Position numbers and translations under genes: made by a program. The notes beneath the pieces are model-generated. The model made no database searches. It was not told the origin of the DNA and saw only the letters and a program-made list of their open reading frames with translations. Source: an uncultured Clostridia bacterium (lineage in GTDB: Bacteria; Bacillota; Clostridia; Christensenellales; UBA1242). From it: a stretch of 64,000 bases of DNA. Positions 8,922 through 18,254 of this stretch are shown here, piece after piece (position 1 is the first letter of the stretch; every line of letters starts with the position of its first letter). The DNA lies in NCBI GenBank assembly GCA_934771475.1, contig CAKVMD010000002.1, positions 29,883 to 93,882 on the forward strand, read 5' to 3'.

Positions 8922-11033
8922 TTATTTTTTAATTTTTCTCTTGTTAATGAATTCTACAAATTCAAAGTCAATTTTTCTAGTAAAAATGTTTGCACTTACA
9001 AGTTTAACCTTAACTCTATCCCCAACTCCGAAAGAAGTGTGTTGCCCTTTGAGGCGAAGTTGCTTTTCAAACAGTAAAAAGCCCGTATCAGGCAAGTCCT
9101 CAACGCGAATAAGTCCCTCAACTGTGTTGTCAAGTTCAACAAAAATCCCAAAATTAGTAACCGATGAAATTGTCCCATCAAACTCTTCGCTAATTCTATC
9201 TTTCATAAGATAGGCGCGCCAAAGGTCGTCAACCTCACGCTCTGTTTTGTCAGCATTTCTTTCTGTCAGACTTGACTGCTCACCCGCTTCAAATGTGAAC
9301 TCTTCAAGTTCTTCTTTGCGTGAAGAAGAAAGTCTCTTTTTCTTCAAGCATTCTTTTATAATTCTATGAATAGTAAGGTCAGGATACCTACGAATAGGAC
9401 TTGTAAAATGACAATAATATTTGAGTGCCAAACCAAAATGTCCTAGGCACTTGTTTGTGTAGCGCGCCTTTTGCATACTTCTTAAAAGCACCTTGTTTAC
9501 AGTCTCAGCATAAGGCATATTTGCGCTTAGTTTTATAAGTTCTTGATAAAACTCAGGTGTGATGATGTCAGGCACGCTTGGCGTACTTAGCCCCAAGTTT
9601 TTGAGGTATTCAATCACAGCAAGTGTTTTCTCTTTTCTTGGGCTTTCGTGTACACGATAAACGAAAGGGATTTTATTATCACAAAACTCTTTTGCAACCG
9701 CTTGGTTTGCAAGCACCATAAAGTTTTCAATTAAAACGTGCGCCTCGTTTCTTTCCCTTTTTTCAAAATCTACCGCCATACCCTTGTCATCAAATACAAA
9801 TTGGACTTCTGGTATTTCAAAATCTAGCGTGCCGTTTTTTCTGTTCTTTTCGGTGATTGCCCTTGAAAGAGTGTTCATAAGAAGTAACTCTTCTTTAAAC
9901 TTTTCATGCTTTGCATCCGCTTTTTTGCCACACAAAACTTTATATGCTTCTGTATAGTTTAGTCTGCCTTTGCTGTTAATCACACTTTCGAAAATCTTAT
10001 GCGATTTGATATTCCCTTCTTCATCCACAAGCATTTCACAAGTAAGGGCTAATCTATCAACGCCTTCATTAAGAGAGCAAATTCCATTTGACAATTCTTT
10101 TGGAAGCATTGGAAGAACAGAAGTTGGGAAATAAACACTGGTTCCGCGCTTATACGCTTCTTCATCAAGAGCAGTGTCGTACTTAACATATTGTCCAACA
10201 TCTGCAATATGCACTCCTAAAATATATCCATTTTCAACTTTTTCAATAGAAATGGCGTCATCAAGGTCTTTCGCGTCAAGGCCATCTATTGTTACAATAA
10301 TTTTATCTCTTAAATCAACTCTTCCCTTGATTTGACTTTTTAGCACTTTCTGTTTTATGGCTTTTGCCTCTGCTATAACCTCGTCAGGGAAGGTTTCATA
10401 AAGGCCATGGTCGCGGATGACGGCAAGTTCACACGCTTTGACATCGTCCTCTTTGCCAAGGACTTCTAAAACAAGCCCAGAAACACTTGCCTTATTTCTT
10501 ACAAGTTTGATTACAACTCTATCGTTTAAGTGGAATTTTATGCCCCCTTGAATTAATTTGACCTTAAATGGGATATGATTGTTATCGGGCTCCACAAAGA
10601 AATTTTTGCCAAGTTTTGTTACTACCCCCGCGATTCTTTCAACCTCGCTATAAACAGAAACAACTTCTCCGTCTTGTCCCTCTTCGCTTGAAGAAAATAT
10701 TTTTACAATAACTCCATCGCCATCGATTGCCCCGCCAGTTTTATCTGCTGGAATAAAAATATCGTTTTCTTGTCCGTCAACTTCTACAAAGCCATACCCT
10801 TTACTATTGCCAATGTAGTGTCCGCGCAAATAACCGCGCGAAGGAATTGCAACAAACTTACCTTTTCTAATCTCAAAAATCTTGCCTTCGTGAAGAAGTT
10901 TATAAAAATCTTTTCGGATTTCCTCCTTAGGGAGTGAATAAGTCTTTTCTATAAAAGAAAAAAGATTGTCTATCCCTGTAAGGGCTAAACCATCTTTTGA
11001 CAACAAATTTAAAATTTTTTGACTAGCTCTCAA
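8922..11033 (-). CDS. rnr: ribonuclease R
   Basis: RNB catalytic motifs (DAKDLDDAISIE, HFGLALKYYCHFTSPIRRYPDL) plus a C-terminal S1 domain (GTISSVTNFGIFVEL). Sits in the secG-rnr-smpB arrangement. Confidence 0.93.
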   Translation of the reverse strand: MRASQKILNLLSKDGLALTGIDNLFSFIEKTYSLPKEEIRKDFYKLLHEGKIFEIRKGKFVAIPSRGYLRGHYIGNSKGYGFVEVDGQENDIFIPADKTGGAIDGDGVIVKIFSSSEEGQDGEVVSVYSEVERIAGVVTKLGKNFFVEPDNNHIPFKVKLIQGGIKFHLNDRVVIKLVRNKASVSGLVLEVLGKEDDVKACELAVIRDHGLYETFPDEVIAEAKAIKQKVLKSQIKGRVDLRDKIIVTIDGLDAKDLDDAISIEKVENGYILGVHIADVGQYVKYDTALDEEAYKRGTSVYFPTSVLPMLPKELSNGICSLNEGVDRLALTCEMLVDEEGNIKSHKIFESVINSKGRLNYTEAYKVLCGKKADAKHEKFKEELLLMNTLSRAITEKNRKNGTLDFEIPEVQFVFDDKGMAVDFEKRERNEAHVLIENFMVLANQAVAKEFCDNKIPFVYRVHESPRKEKTLAVIEYLKNLGLSTPSVPDIITPEFYQELIKLSANMPYAETVNKVLLRSMQKARYTNKCLGHFGLALKYYCHFTSPIRRYPDLTIHRIIKECLKKKRLSSSRKEELEEFTFEAGEQSSLTERNADKTEREVDDLWRAYLMKDRISEEFDGTISSVTNFGIFVELDNTVEGLIRVEDLPDTGFLLFEKQLRLKGQHTSFGVGDRVKVKLVSANIFTRKIDFEFVEFINKRKIKK

Positions 11034-11359
11034 CCTCTGCTCCCGTAAATAAGTTCGCTCACAAAGAAAAGAATTATCATAACAAAAATTATAACCGCCA
11101 TAGCAATCGTGATTCTTTTTAAGATTGCGTCGCGCGATGCACCTTTGTTTTGTGAATAATAACTTTCTTGGCTTTTACCAGTATATGCATCAAGTGCGTT
11201 TGATGAATCATTTGACTGCATAAGAGTTGTGATTGTAATCACGATAGAGCAAGCAACGACAATAGCAAATGCTACATAACGAAAAACAGGGCAAAATTTT
11301 GACCAAAAATCACTTACAAGTTCGCTTCCGTCGCTAAGCATAGAAATAAATCTGTTCAT
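11030..11359 (-). CDS. secG: probable preprotein translocase subunit SecG (long N-terminus, start uncertain)
   Basis: Two transmembrane helices with a TTLMQS...G...LKRITIAMAVIIF pattern, resembling the SecG LLQ...HRITxxLAxxFF pattern. Its position directly upstream of rnr matches other Firmicutes. Confidence 0.5.
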   Translation of the reverse strand: MNRFISMLSDGSELVSDFWSKFCPVFRYVAFAIVVACSIVITITTLMQSNDSSNALDAYTGKSQESYYSQNKGASRDAILKRITIAMAVIIFVMIILFFVSELIYGSRG

Positions 11360-11372
11360 AAAAATCTCCTAA

Positions 11373-11606
11373 TTAAATTAAAGTGAAAAACCAAATTGAC
11401 AGCAATGAAAAGACAATCATGAAAAATATTTGTCCCCATTTTAAAACAATTTTAGTTTTGTTTATAGACGCTCTAAAAACATTTTGAATTAAGTAAAGCG
11501 CAAAGACAAGGAAAATCACTGCTAAAATAACCGTCCAAGTTTCCCCGAGACCATTTTTTATGCTTCTTCCCCAATCGGTAATAAAACTAGATAATAAACT
11601 GTTCAT
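11373..11606 (-). CDS. small membrane protein (2 predicted TM helices)
   Basis: ORF with a GGTGAGG RBS and a hydrophobic profile. No family recognised. Confidence 0.5.
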   Translation of the reverse strand: MNSLLSSFITDWGRSIKNGLGETWTVILAVIFLVFALYLIQNVFRASINKTKIVLKWGQIFFMIVFSLLSIWFFTLI

Positions 11607-11799
11607 ATAACCTCACCTTTTTAAGTATAGCATAAAAATAATGTTTTTTCAACAATTAAATTATAATCATTTTACCTAAATAGTCAAACTTTTATCGTGA
11701 TTTTTATGGATTTTGGCTGAAAAATGTCCACTTTCTTCATTTTTCGATTTTTTGCAAACAAAAAAGATGACCTTTCAGTCATCTTTCTCGTGAAATTTG

Positions 11800-12024
11800 T
11801 TAAACATTTAACAAACGCCAGATTCTGCCGTTAAGAATCATAAGAACAAGGTCAACAATCCAAACGATGTTGAAACCAAAGATCAAACGGATAAGTCCAG
11901 CAACAATTTTGCCTTCTGTAAATCTTGTGATTGCACCGCAAATCCATGCAGTTACAGGAATGATAGCTAAAATAAGGCTAACCACTCTTCCAAGACCAAA
12001 ATAATCTTTATTTGTCTTTGCCAT
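11800..12024 (-). CDS. small membrane protein (start moved to MAKTNKDYF...)
   Basis: AGGAGGGG RBS in front of ATG 12022-12024; two hydrophobic helices. Confidence 0.55.
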   Translation of the reverse strand: MAKTNKDYFGLGRVVSLILAIIPVTAWICGAITRFTEGKIVAGLIRLIFGFNIVWIVDLVLMILNGRIWRLLNV

Positions 12025-12111
12025 ATTTCCCCTCCTGACTATATTATATAACATCTTTTGCAATAATCCAATCGTTTTTTCAATTTTTTTTAGTTTTCTT
12101 GTCTTGACTTA

Positions 12112-12588
12112 TCATTTGCTTTTAACCCCCTCTATGTGAAGCCCAATCCGCTCAATAAAAAAATAGTCATTCAAGTTTTTATCAAGCGCGTCATTCGAAT
12201 GAGCACATACATAGATTCCACTCTCCGATTTTTTGGTTATAATGAGAGTATGGTTAAACCTTTCCTTGTTTTGCCTGAGCTGGATAATATCCCCCTCTTC
12301 AAGAGAGGCTATTTCGCTGATTGAAGCGAAAAGTCCAGCACTTTTGTCAAGCAAAAACTTTTGGAGCGCTTCCACCGAAGTCCAGCTTGGAGAGCGATAG
12401 TCTTTTGAAAAATAAAACCAACCATCCTGAGAATCAATCATCTCTCCGCCACCAGCAAGCAGACACTGAGAGATAAAGTTTGTGCAATCCCCGCCTATCC
12501 CACCAAAGTGATAAAAGTCGGGGTTTGCGCCTAGTGCCCATTTGTGCGCGTAAGCAACAGCATTACGCCGATTGTATGGGTTTATCAT
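12112..12588 (-). CDS. putative amidase-domain protein
   Basis: N-terminal YNRRNAVAYAHKWAL...GGDCTNFISQCLLAGG pattern, which I associate with the 'putative amidase domain' family (Cys nucleophile). Confidence 0.55.
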   Translation of the reverse strand: MINPYNRRNAVAYAHKWALGANPDFYHFGGIGGDCTNFISQCLLAGGGEMIDSQDGWFYFSKDYRSPSWTSVEALQKFLLDKSAGLFASISEIASLEEGDIIQLRQNKERFNHTLIITKKSESGIYVCAHSNDALDKNLNDYFFIERIGLHIEGVKSK

Positions 12589-12656
12589 AAGTATTTATAT
12601 GAAAAACATATCAAAAATGTTTGCTTTTAAAGAAAATTGTGCTATCATATAGCCAT

Positions 12657-12730
12657 GCAGGTATAATTTAGTGGCAAAATGAACGCTTCCCAAGCGTTAT
12701 TCGCGGGTCCGATTCCCGCTACCTGCTCCA
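12657..12730 (+). tRNA. tRNA-Gly (anticodon CCC), CCA encoded
   Basis: Hand-folded cloverleaf. Acceptor GCAGGTA/TACCTGC, anticodon stem AACGC/GCGTT, loop TTCCCAA, T stem GCGGG/CCCGC, discriminator U. The T-loop reads TCCGATT, with C at the usual U55 position. A terminator hairpin follows at 12738-12769. Confidence 0.85.
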
Positions 12731-12869
12731 CAGACAAATCACTTATGGCACTTCGTAAGTGATTTTTTATTTTGTATAACAATTTGTAGTAAGAATATCC
12801 TATTGGATTAATGCAAAAAATCTTGTAATTTTTCTCATCTGATTTTCGATGATTATTTTAACCGATTTA

Positions 12870-14609
12870 TTATTCAACCGTAACGCTTTTGGCAAGGTTT
12901 CTAGGTTGGTCGGGATTGTTACCTTTCATTATCGCCACAAAGTAGGAAAGTTTTTGAAGCACAAGCATGGTTTGCAAAGGCATAAATTCTTCCTTGCATG
13001 GTTTTACGCTTATATAAAAATCAATCTTTCCATCCGCGTTACTAAAAGGCGATACAAAAATCACCTTTCCTCCGCGAGCGTGAACTTCCTCGGCACTTGC
13101 CAAATTTTTTGAAAGCGTGGCTAGGTTTGTTGCGACAAGCACCGCATCGACCCCATTTTCAATAAGAGCAAGCGAGCCATGTTTGAGTTCTGCCGCACTC
13201 TCGCCACATGAGAAAATATAGGAAATTTCTTTCATTTTAAGAGACGCTTCAAGCGCGGATATATAATCCTCTCCTCTTCCAATGAAAAACAATTTTTCGC
13301 GCTTAGCAAGATGTCTAGCAACCCTTTTAATTTCCTCATCATTTCCATAGTCAAGAGTTTCTTCAAATTCATCAAGCAGTTTTTCAAAATCTTCGCCTTT
13401 TAAAATGTGAGCAATGATTAAAAGCGCAAGCACCTGCCCAAAATATGCTTTTGTGCTTGCAACCGCTTTTTCTTGCCCCGCACAAATAGGAAATACAAAA
13501 TCGCATTTTTGAGACAATGTAGAATAAATGGTGTTGACCACACACGCACAAACTCCATTATGCGCCCTAACATATTCAAGAGCAGACAAAGTGTCGGCAG
13601 TCTCCCCACTTTGGCTTATGAAAAAACAAAGGCTATTTTCATCTATCGGCAAGTTTTTGTAGCAAATTTCTCCCGCTTTTTCAATGTAAACATCTTTATC
13701 AAAATATTTTCTAAATTGAGCCCCTGCCATAAGCCCAGCATGATACGCTGTGCCACAAGCAATAAAGTAGATTCGATTGAACCTTTCAAAATTCATGCTT
13801 TTGACTTGTTTTTGCACGCTATTTTGCGTGTAATGAGATTTTAAACCTTTAATAACCTTTTTTGAATCATAAATTTCTTTAATCATAAAGTGGTCATAAT
13901 GCGCCTTACCCTCTTGCACAAATTCAAAATCTATTAATTTGGTGTCTTTTTGTATCAAAGCACCGTTTTTAAAAATCTTTGCCTCTTTCCCGTCAATATA
14001 GCCATACTCTCCGTCATCAAGGGCAATAAATTCTTTTCCATAAGGCGCAAACACGCTTGGGTCGCTTGCAATCATTCGCCCCTCAAAAACATAAAGTGGA
14101 CTTTTGTTTTTGGCAAAATATATTCGTTCTTGCCCTTTGCAAATTATGGCAAAAGCGTAAGAACCCTCGATTGATTGCAACTTTTTGTGCAACAATTTTT
14201 CATCTATTTGCTCACCAAAAAATTTTGCCACAACTTCGCTATCCGACTGTCCATAAAACTGAGCACCGCTGTTATCAAGATTTGACTTAATATTTTGATA
14301 ATTTTCAATTATTCCATTATGTACCAGCGCAAGATTACCTCCTTGCGAAAAATGCGGATGTGCATTTTCAAGTGATATATTTCCATGGGTTGCCCACCTT
14401 GTGTGCGCAATTCCTAGTCCGTCCAAAGAGTCATTTGCAACTAGTTTTTTTAATTCCTTAACATTTCCAAGCGCTTTCTTAGTAAAAAACTCGCCATTTG
14501 TCAGCACCGTCATCCCCGCCGAATCATATCCGCGATATTCAAGGCGTTCAAGCCCTTCTATTAGCATTTTAGTTACATTTTTGCCAATACAAGCAATAAT
14601 TCCACACAT
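12870..14609 (-). CDS. glmS: glutamine--fructose-6-phosphate aminotransferase (start at MCGIIACIG)
   Basis: N-terminal catalytic Cys (MCGII), glutaminase domain plus two SIS domains, C-terminal ...AKSVTVE. Confidence 0.95.
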   Translation of the reverse strand: MCGIIACIGKNVTKMLIEGLERLEYRGYDSAGMTVLTNGEFFTKKALGNVKELKKLVANDSLDGLGIAHTRWATHGNISLENAHPHFSQGGNLALVHNGIIENYQNIKSNLDNSGAQFYGQSDSEVVAKFFGEQIDEKLLHKKLQSIEGSYAFAIICKGQERIYFAKNKSPLYVFEGRMIASDPSVFAPYGKEFIALDDGEYGYIDGKEAKIFKNGALIQKDTKLIDFEFVQEGKAHYDHFMIKEIYDSKKVIKGLKSHYTQNSVQKQVKSMNFERFNRIYFIACGTAYHAGLMAGAQFRKYFDKDVYIEKAGEICYKNLPIDENSLCFFISQSGETADTLSALEYVRAHNGVCACVVNTIYSTLSQKCDFVFPICAGQEKAVASTKAYFGQVLALLIIAHILKGEDFEKLLDEFEETLDYGNDEEIKRVARHLAKREKLFFIGRGEDYISALEASLKMKEISYIFSCGESAAELKHGSLALIENGVDAVLVATNLATLSKNLASAEEVHARGGKVIFVSPFSNADGKIDFYISVKPCKEEFMPLQTMLVLQKLSYFVAIMKGNNPDQPRNLAKSVTVE

Positions 14610-14790
14610 AAAATCTCCTTTGTAAACTCTACACAATCACTATATGCAATGGCTCTCTCCCTTGCTTTAAATGATTAAACTAAATTGTTTAAAACAATTA
14701 AACAAGACATTTTTATGATGTCTTTTTTAGTAGACATTTTCTTTGATTTTTGCATACAAAAACAATGTTTAAGGAGATAATTTAACAAAA

Positions 14791-15408
14791 ATGACAAAAT
14801 TTTTAAACAAAAGGTCGTGTTTTATAGGCAAAAATGTGAAATTCGGCAAAAATGTAACAGTCTACGAAAACAACCATATCGAGGGCGAAACTTTTATTGG
14901 CGACAACTGCACGCTTTTGCCCGGCAATTTTCTGGTTTCGTGCAAGGTGGAAGAAAACTGTGTTCTGCACGCGTCAGTCATTGAGAAAAGCACTATTAAA
15001 AGCGGAGCAAAAATTGGCCCGTTTGCGCACATTCGCCCTCAAAGCGAAATTGGAGAAAATTGCAAAATTGGAAACTTTGTTGAGGTGAAAAAATCTGTTA
15101 TTGGCGCGGAAACCAAAGCAAGTCATTTGACTTATGTTGGAGACGCTTTTATTGGCTCTTATTGCAATTTAGGCTGTGGGGTTATTTTTGCGAACTACAA
15201 CGGAAAAGAAAAGAACAAAGTTATTGTTGGAGACAAAGTTTTTATTGGCTCAAACGCAAACCTTGTTGCGCCCCTTGAAATTGAAAGCGAAAGTTTTATT
15301 GCCTGTGGCTCAACCATAACTGACAAAGTGGGAAAAGGCGACCTTGCGATTGCGCGCGCTAGACAAACAAACCTTAAAGGTAAGGCATATAAATATTTGA
15401 AAAATTAG
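14791..15408 (+). CDS. stand-alone hexapeptide-repeat acetyltransferase equivalent to the GlmU C-terminal (GlcN-1-P acetyltransferase) domain
   Basis: Left-handed beta-helix repeats. The segment ASHLTYVGDAFIGSYCNLGCGVIFANYNGKEKNKVIVGDKVFIGSNANLVAPLEI closely parallels the GlmU C-terminal active-site region. No uridyltransferase domain is present. Located between glmS and glmM. Confidence 0.8.
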   Translation: MTKFLNKRSCFIGKNVKFGKNVTVYENNHIEGETFIGDNCTLLPGNFLVSCKVEENCVLHASVIEKSTIKSGAKIGPFAHIRPQSEIGENCKIGNFVEVKKSVIGAETKASHLTYVGDAFIGSYCNLGCGVIFANYNGKEKNKVIVGDKVFIGSNANLVAPLEIESESFIACGSTITDKVGKGDLAIARARQTNLKGKAYKYLKN

Positions 15409-15416
15409 GAGGCAAA

Positions 15417-16721
15417 ATGGCTACATATTTTGGAACTGACGGTATTCGCGGAGTTTATGGCGAAGACTTGTCATCACTTTTGGTACACAAATGTGGGAAT
15501 GCTCTTTCTAGGCTTTGTAGTAAGGGTAAGGTTGTCATAGGTAGAGACACTCGCACATCGGGCGACCTTTTATCCCTGTCTTTTTCAAGCGGGTTGACTG
15601 CGGGAGGAGTCAGCGTGATTGATGTTGGAGTTGCACCAACTCCGGCTATCGCGTTTCTTACAAAACATCTCGGTTGCGACTATGGAGTTGTCATTTCTGC
15701 AAGCCACAACCCTGCTAAGTATAATGGGGTTAAAATATACGACCAAAATGGCTACAAAATCAACGAGGAGGAAGAAAAATCCATTGAAAGGCAACTATTC
15801 TCCCCTTTCATGGTTTCTTATGATAAAGTGGGTCGATATGAATATGCGCCCGCGCTTTTAAATGAATACAAAAAAAGTTTGTTGTCTTGCTCTGAACCTC
15901 TGGATGACCTCAAAATTGTTGTTGATTGTGCAAACGGTGCGACATACAAGATTGCAAAAAGCATTTTTTCTTCTCTCAAAGCCAAAACAATTTTTCTGAA
16001 TGCACAAGGTGATGGCAAGGCTATCAACAATAGTTGTGGAGCGCTTTATCCTGACGCAATGATAAAAAGTGTACTACTAAATCATGCAGATATGGGGTTT
16101 GCTTTTGACGGAGATGGAGACCGCATTGTGGCGTGCAACGAAAAAGGTGTTTTGTTAGACGGAGACGATATACTTTTTATTCTTGCCACTCATTTGTCAT
16201 CATGCAAGGGAGTTGTAGGCACAAGCATGACAAACAAAGGGCTTGAAAATGCACTTGCAAAGAAAAAAATCCCCCTTGCTAGGGCTGATGTCGGCGACAA
16301 ATATGTTGTTGAGCTCATGAAAAACAAGGGTTATCCTCTTGGAGGAGAACCATCAGGCCACATCATTAACCACAACCTCTCCACCACCGGTGATGGAATT
16401 TTGACTGCACTGACTCTTGCCAAAATTGCAAAAGAAAGCGGAAAAAGTCTTTCAAAACTTGTAAAATATAAAAAATTCCCGCAAATTAATAAAAACATCA
16501 GCGTTGTTGATAAATTTAGAATTTTAAACAGCGAAAAACTTTCAAGTGAGATTCTTAACATCAGCCAATCGTTTGGTAGCGATGGAAGAGTTCTTGTAAG
16601 AGCAAGTGGAACTGAAAACAAGGTGCGTATCATGTGTGAGCACAAACAAAAAAGCACCGCCATTTCGTCAGCCACTAGGCTTGAAAGTTTGGTGCTTGAA
16701 ATAAATAAAATTAACAGTTAA
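15417..16721 (+). CDS. glmM: phosphoglucosamine mutase
   Basis: Active-site loop SASHNPAKYNGVK, metal loop FDGDGDR, typical length. Confidence 0.95.
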   Translation: MATYFGTDGIRGVYGEDLSSLLVHKCGNALSRLCSKGKVVIGRDTRTSGDLLSLSFSSGLTAGGVSVIDVGVAPTPAIAFLTKHLGCDYGVVISASHNPAKYNGVKIYDQNGYKINEEEEKSIERQLFSPFMVSYDKVGRYEYAPALLNEYKKSLLSCSEPLDDLKIVVDCANGATYKIAKSIFSSLKAKTIFLNAQGDGKAINNSCGALYPDAMIKSVLLNHADMGFAFDGDGDRIVACNEKGVLLDGDDILFILATHLSSCKGVVGTSMTNKGLENALAKKKIPLARADVGDKYVVELMKNKGYPLGGEPSGHIINHNLSTTGDGILTALTLAKIAKESGKSLSKLVKYKKFPQINKNISVVDKFRILNSEKLSSEILNISQSFGSDGRVLVRASGTENKVRIMCEHKQKSTAISSATRLESLVLEINKINS

Positions 16722-17938
16722 AGAGCTGGGAAATTTGCATAAGTTTCGTCAAAATCGTTTCTCATGGTTACATGCCTGTTTCCTTTCACCTTGCAAGCTC
16801 TTTCACTTACATTGCAAATCGCGTCCATTATCTTTTCACTTAATGTGATTTCAAATTGAGCAAGAAAATTTTTATACTTTAAATCTGTGTTTTCTTCGTT
16901 CCAATAAAGGTCGCTTATGTGTTGAAGAAGAAGCAATGCAAAAGCAAAGTTTTTAAAGTAGGCAAGCCCATCTAAGATACCTTGAAAATTGTAATTTTCA
17001 TCAAAGTCTGCAAAGAACTTTTTGCACATTTCCACTCCGCTTTCATCTTGTCCCTTTACAAATTCTTCAACAATTTGCAATGGTTTTGGGAAAAACTCTT
17101 CCCTCTCAACCATAATATTTAAAAATGGAAGGTCAAGAGTTTCTTTCTTTGAATATGCATTTTTGATTTGTTGTTTTGATTGTTTTTCTAGCGATACTAG
17201 ATATTTAATAAGGTGAGGCACATCAATAGCGTTGCATCTGCCCGTTTTGTAGCCACTTTCACTATCCTTTCTGCAAAGATATTGGTCGGTTTCGTTTTGA
17301 AAATGGAAATGCGGATAACCTGCAATCTCCCCAAATACTTTTTTTCGCCTTTCATCAATCAGCAAGTTTCTATGGTTAAAACCGTCATCATCAAGTCTTG
17401 CGAAGAGAGACAACTTTTTCTCACTTCCTTGAAGAAAACTATACATAGCAACTGAAAATCCGCGTTGTGCAATCGAGCGGTCATGTTCTACCGCCTCTTT
17501 TGAAAATTCACGCAAGAATTTTTTGGTGTCATTTATTCTAAAAATTTGTCTTATCGTTTTTGCAAATATGATTTTTCTGTCATAACTTACAAAAAACTGC
17601 GTGTCAATATAACTATTTGTGAAATTCTCATCGGCGTCAATGATTGGCTTGACATAATTATTTAAAAATCTATATGTTTGCCCCGTTTTAAAACCTTTAA
17701 TTGCAATGCGAGATTTAGGACAACTAATCATTTTATGAAAATCTTGATTTTTAAGCAAAAAAGGATATGACTCATATTTTTTATGCATAAAGTCTTTCAA
17801 ACTTATAGCGATTAACAATTTTTCAAATTCTCTTGGTTTAAATTGAAGTTTCGATTTGCTCGCAAGTGGATATGATTTTGTTACATAGTCATGAATTTCT
17901 TTTATTAGAATATCCTTAACCTTAGGACACTTTTGCAA
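16718..17938 (-). CDS. hypothetical protein, 406 aa (TTG start)
   Basis: Long ORF whose stop overlaps the glmM stop by 4 nt (convergent). No family recognised. It is preceded by a 53-codon ORF. Confidence 0.7.
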   Translation of the reverse strand: MQKCPKVKDILIKEIHDYVTKSYPLASKSKLQFKPREFEKLLIAISLKDFMHKKYESYPFLLKNQDFHKMISCPKSRIAIKGFKTGQTYRFLNNYVKPIIDADENFTNSYIDTQFFVSYDRKIIFAKTIRQIFRINDTKKFLREFSKEAVEHDRSIAQRGFSVAMYSFLQGSEKKLSLFARLDDDGFNHRNLLIDERRKKVFGEIAGYPHFHFQNETDQYLCRKDSESGYKTGRCNAIDVPHLIKYLVSLEKQSKQQIKNAYSKKETLDLPFLNIMVEREEFFPKPLQIVEEFVKGQDESGVEMCKKFFADFDENYNFQGILDGLAYFKNFAFALLLLQHISDLYWNEENTDLKYKNFLAQFEITLSEKIMDAICNVSERACKVKGNRHVTMRNDFDETYANFPAL

Positions 17939-17962
17939 AAGCTCGCTTATTCCCCCAAGGCG

Positions 17963-18124
17963 TCAATATCCCTCACCGCTTTTATGACGGCGTATGAATT
18001 GGCTGATTTGTGATTTTATTTCACTTTCAAGGAAAGGCTCCTTTTGCGCCACTCTTGTAGGTTTCTTTTTGTGAGTCCCCTGCCTGCTATTTATCTTTTT
18101 ATTGTTGTTATATCCGCCAGCCAT
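17963..18124 (-). CDS. possible small basic protein, 53 aa
   Basis: Hand translation gives MAGGYNNNKKINSRQGTHKKKPTRVAQKEPFLESEIKSQISQFIRRHKSGEGY. Good RBS (AGAGAGGAAAC-ATG). It ends 24 nt before the TTG of the 406-aa ORF. Below the ORF-track size cut-off. Confidence 0.35.
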   Translation of the reverse strand: MAGGYNNNKKINSRQGTHKKKPTRVAQKEPFLESEIKSQISQFIRRHKSGEGY

Positions 18125-18254
18125 GTTTCCTCTCTAAAATCATTGTATCATAATTTCGACAATTTGCAACCCCAAATCTACAAAATCTTTTATTTTGTTA
18201 AATTATTTTGTGCCATGGTGTTTATGTGCTATAATTGGCGCAAGAGAGGCACAA

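Noticed and set aside
14610-14790. Looked for a glmS ribozyme upstream of glmS.
   Set aside because: None of the conserved core sequence I remember is present, and the spacer is only about 180 nt of AT-rich promoter DNA.
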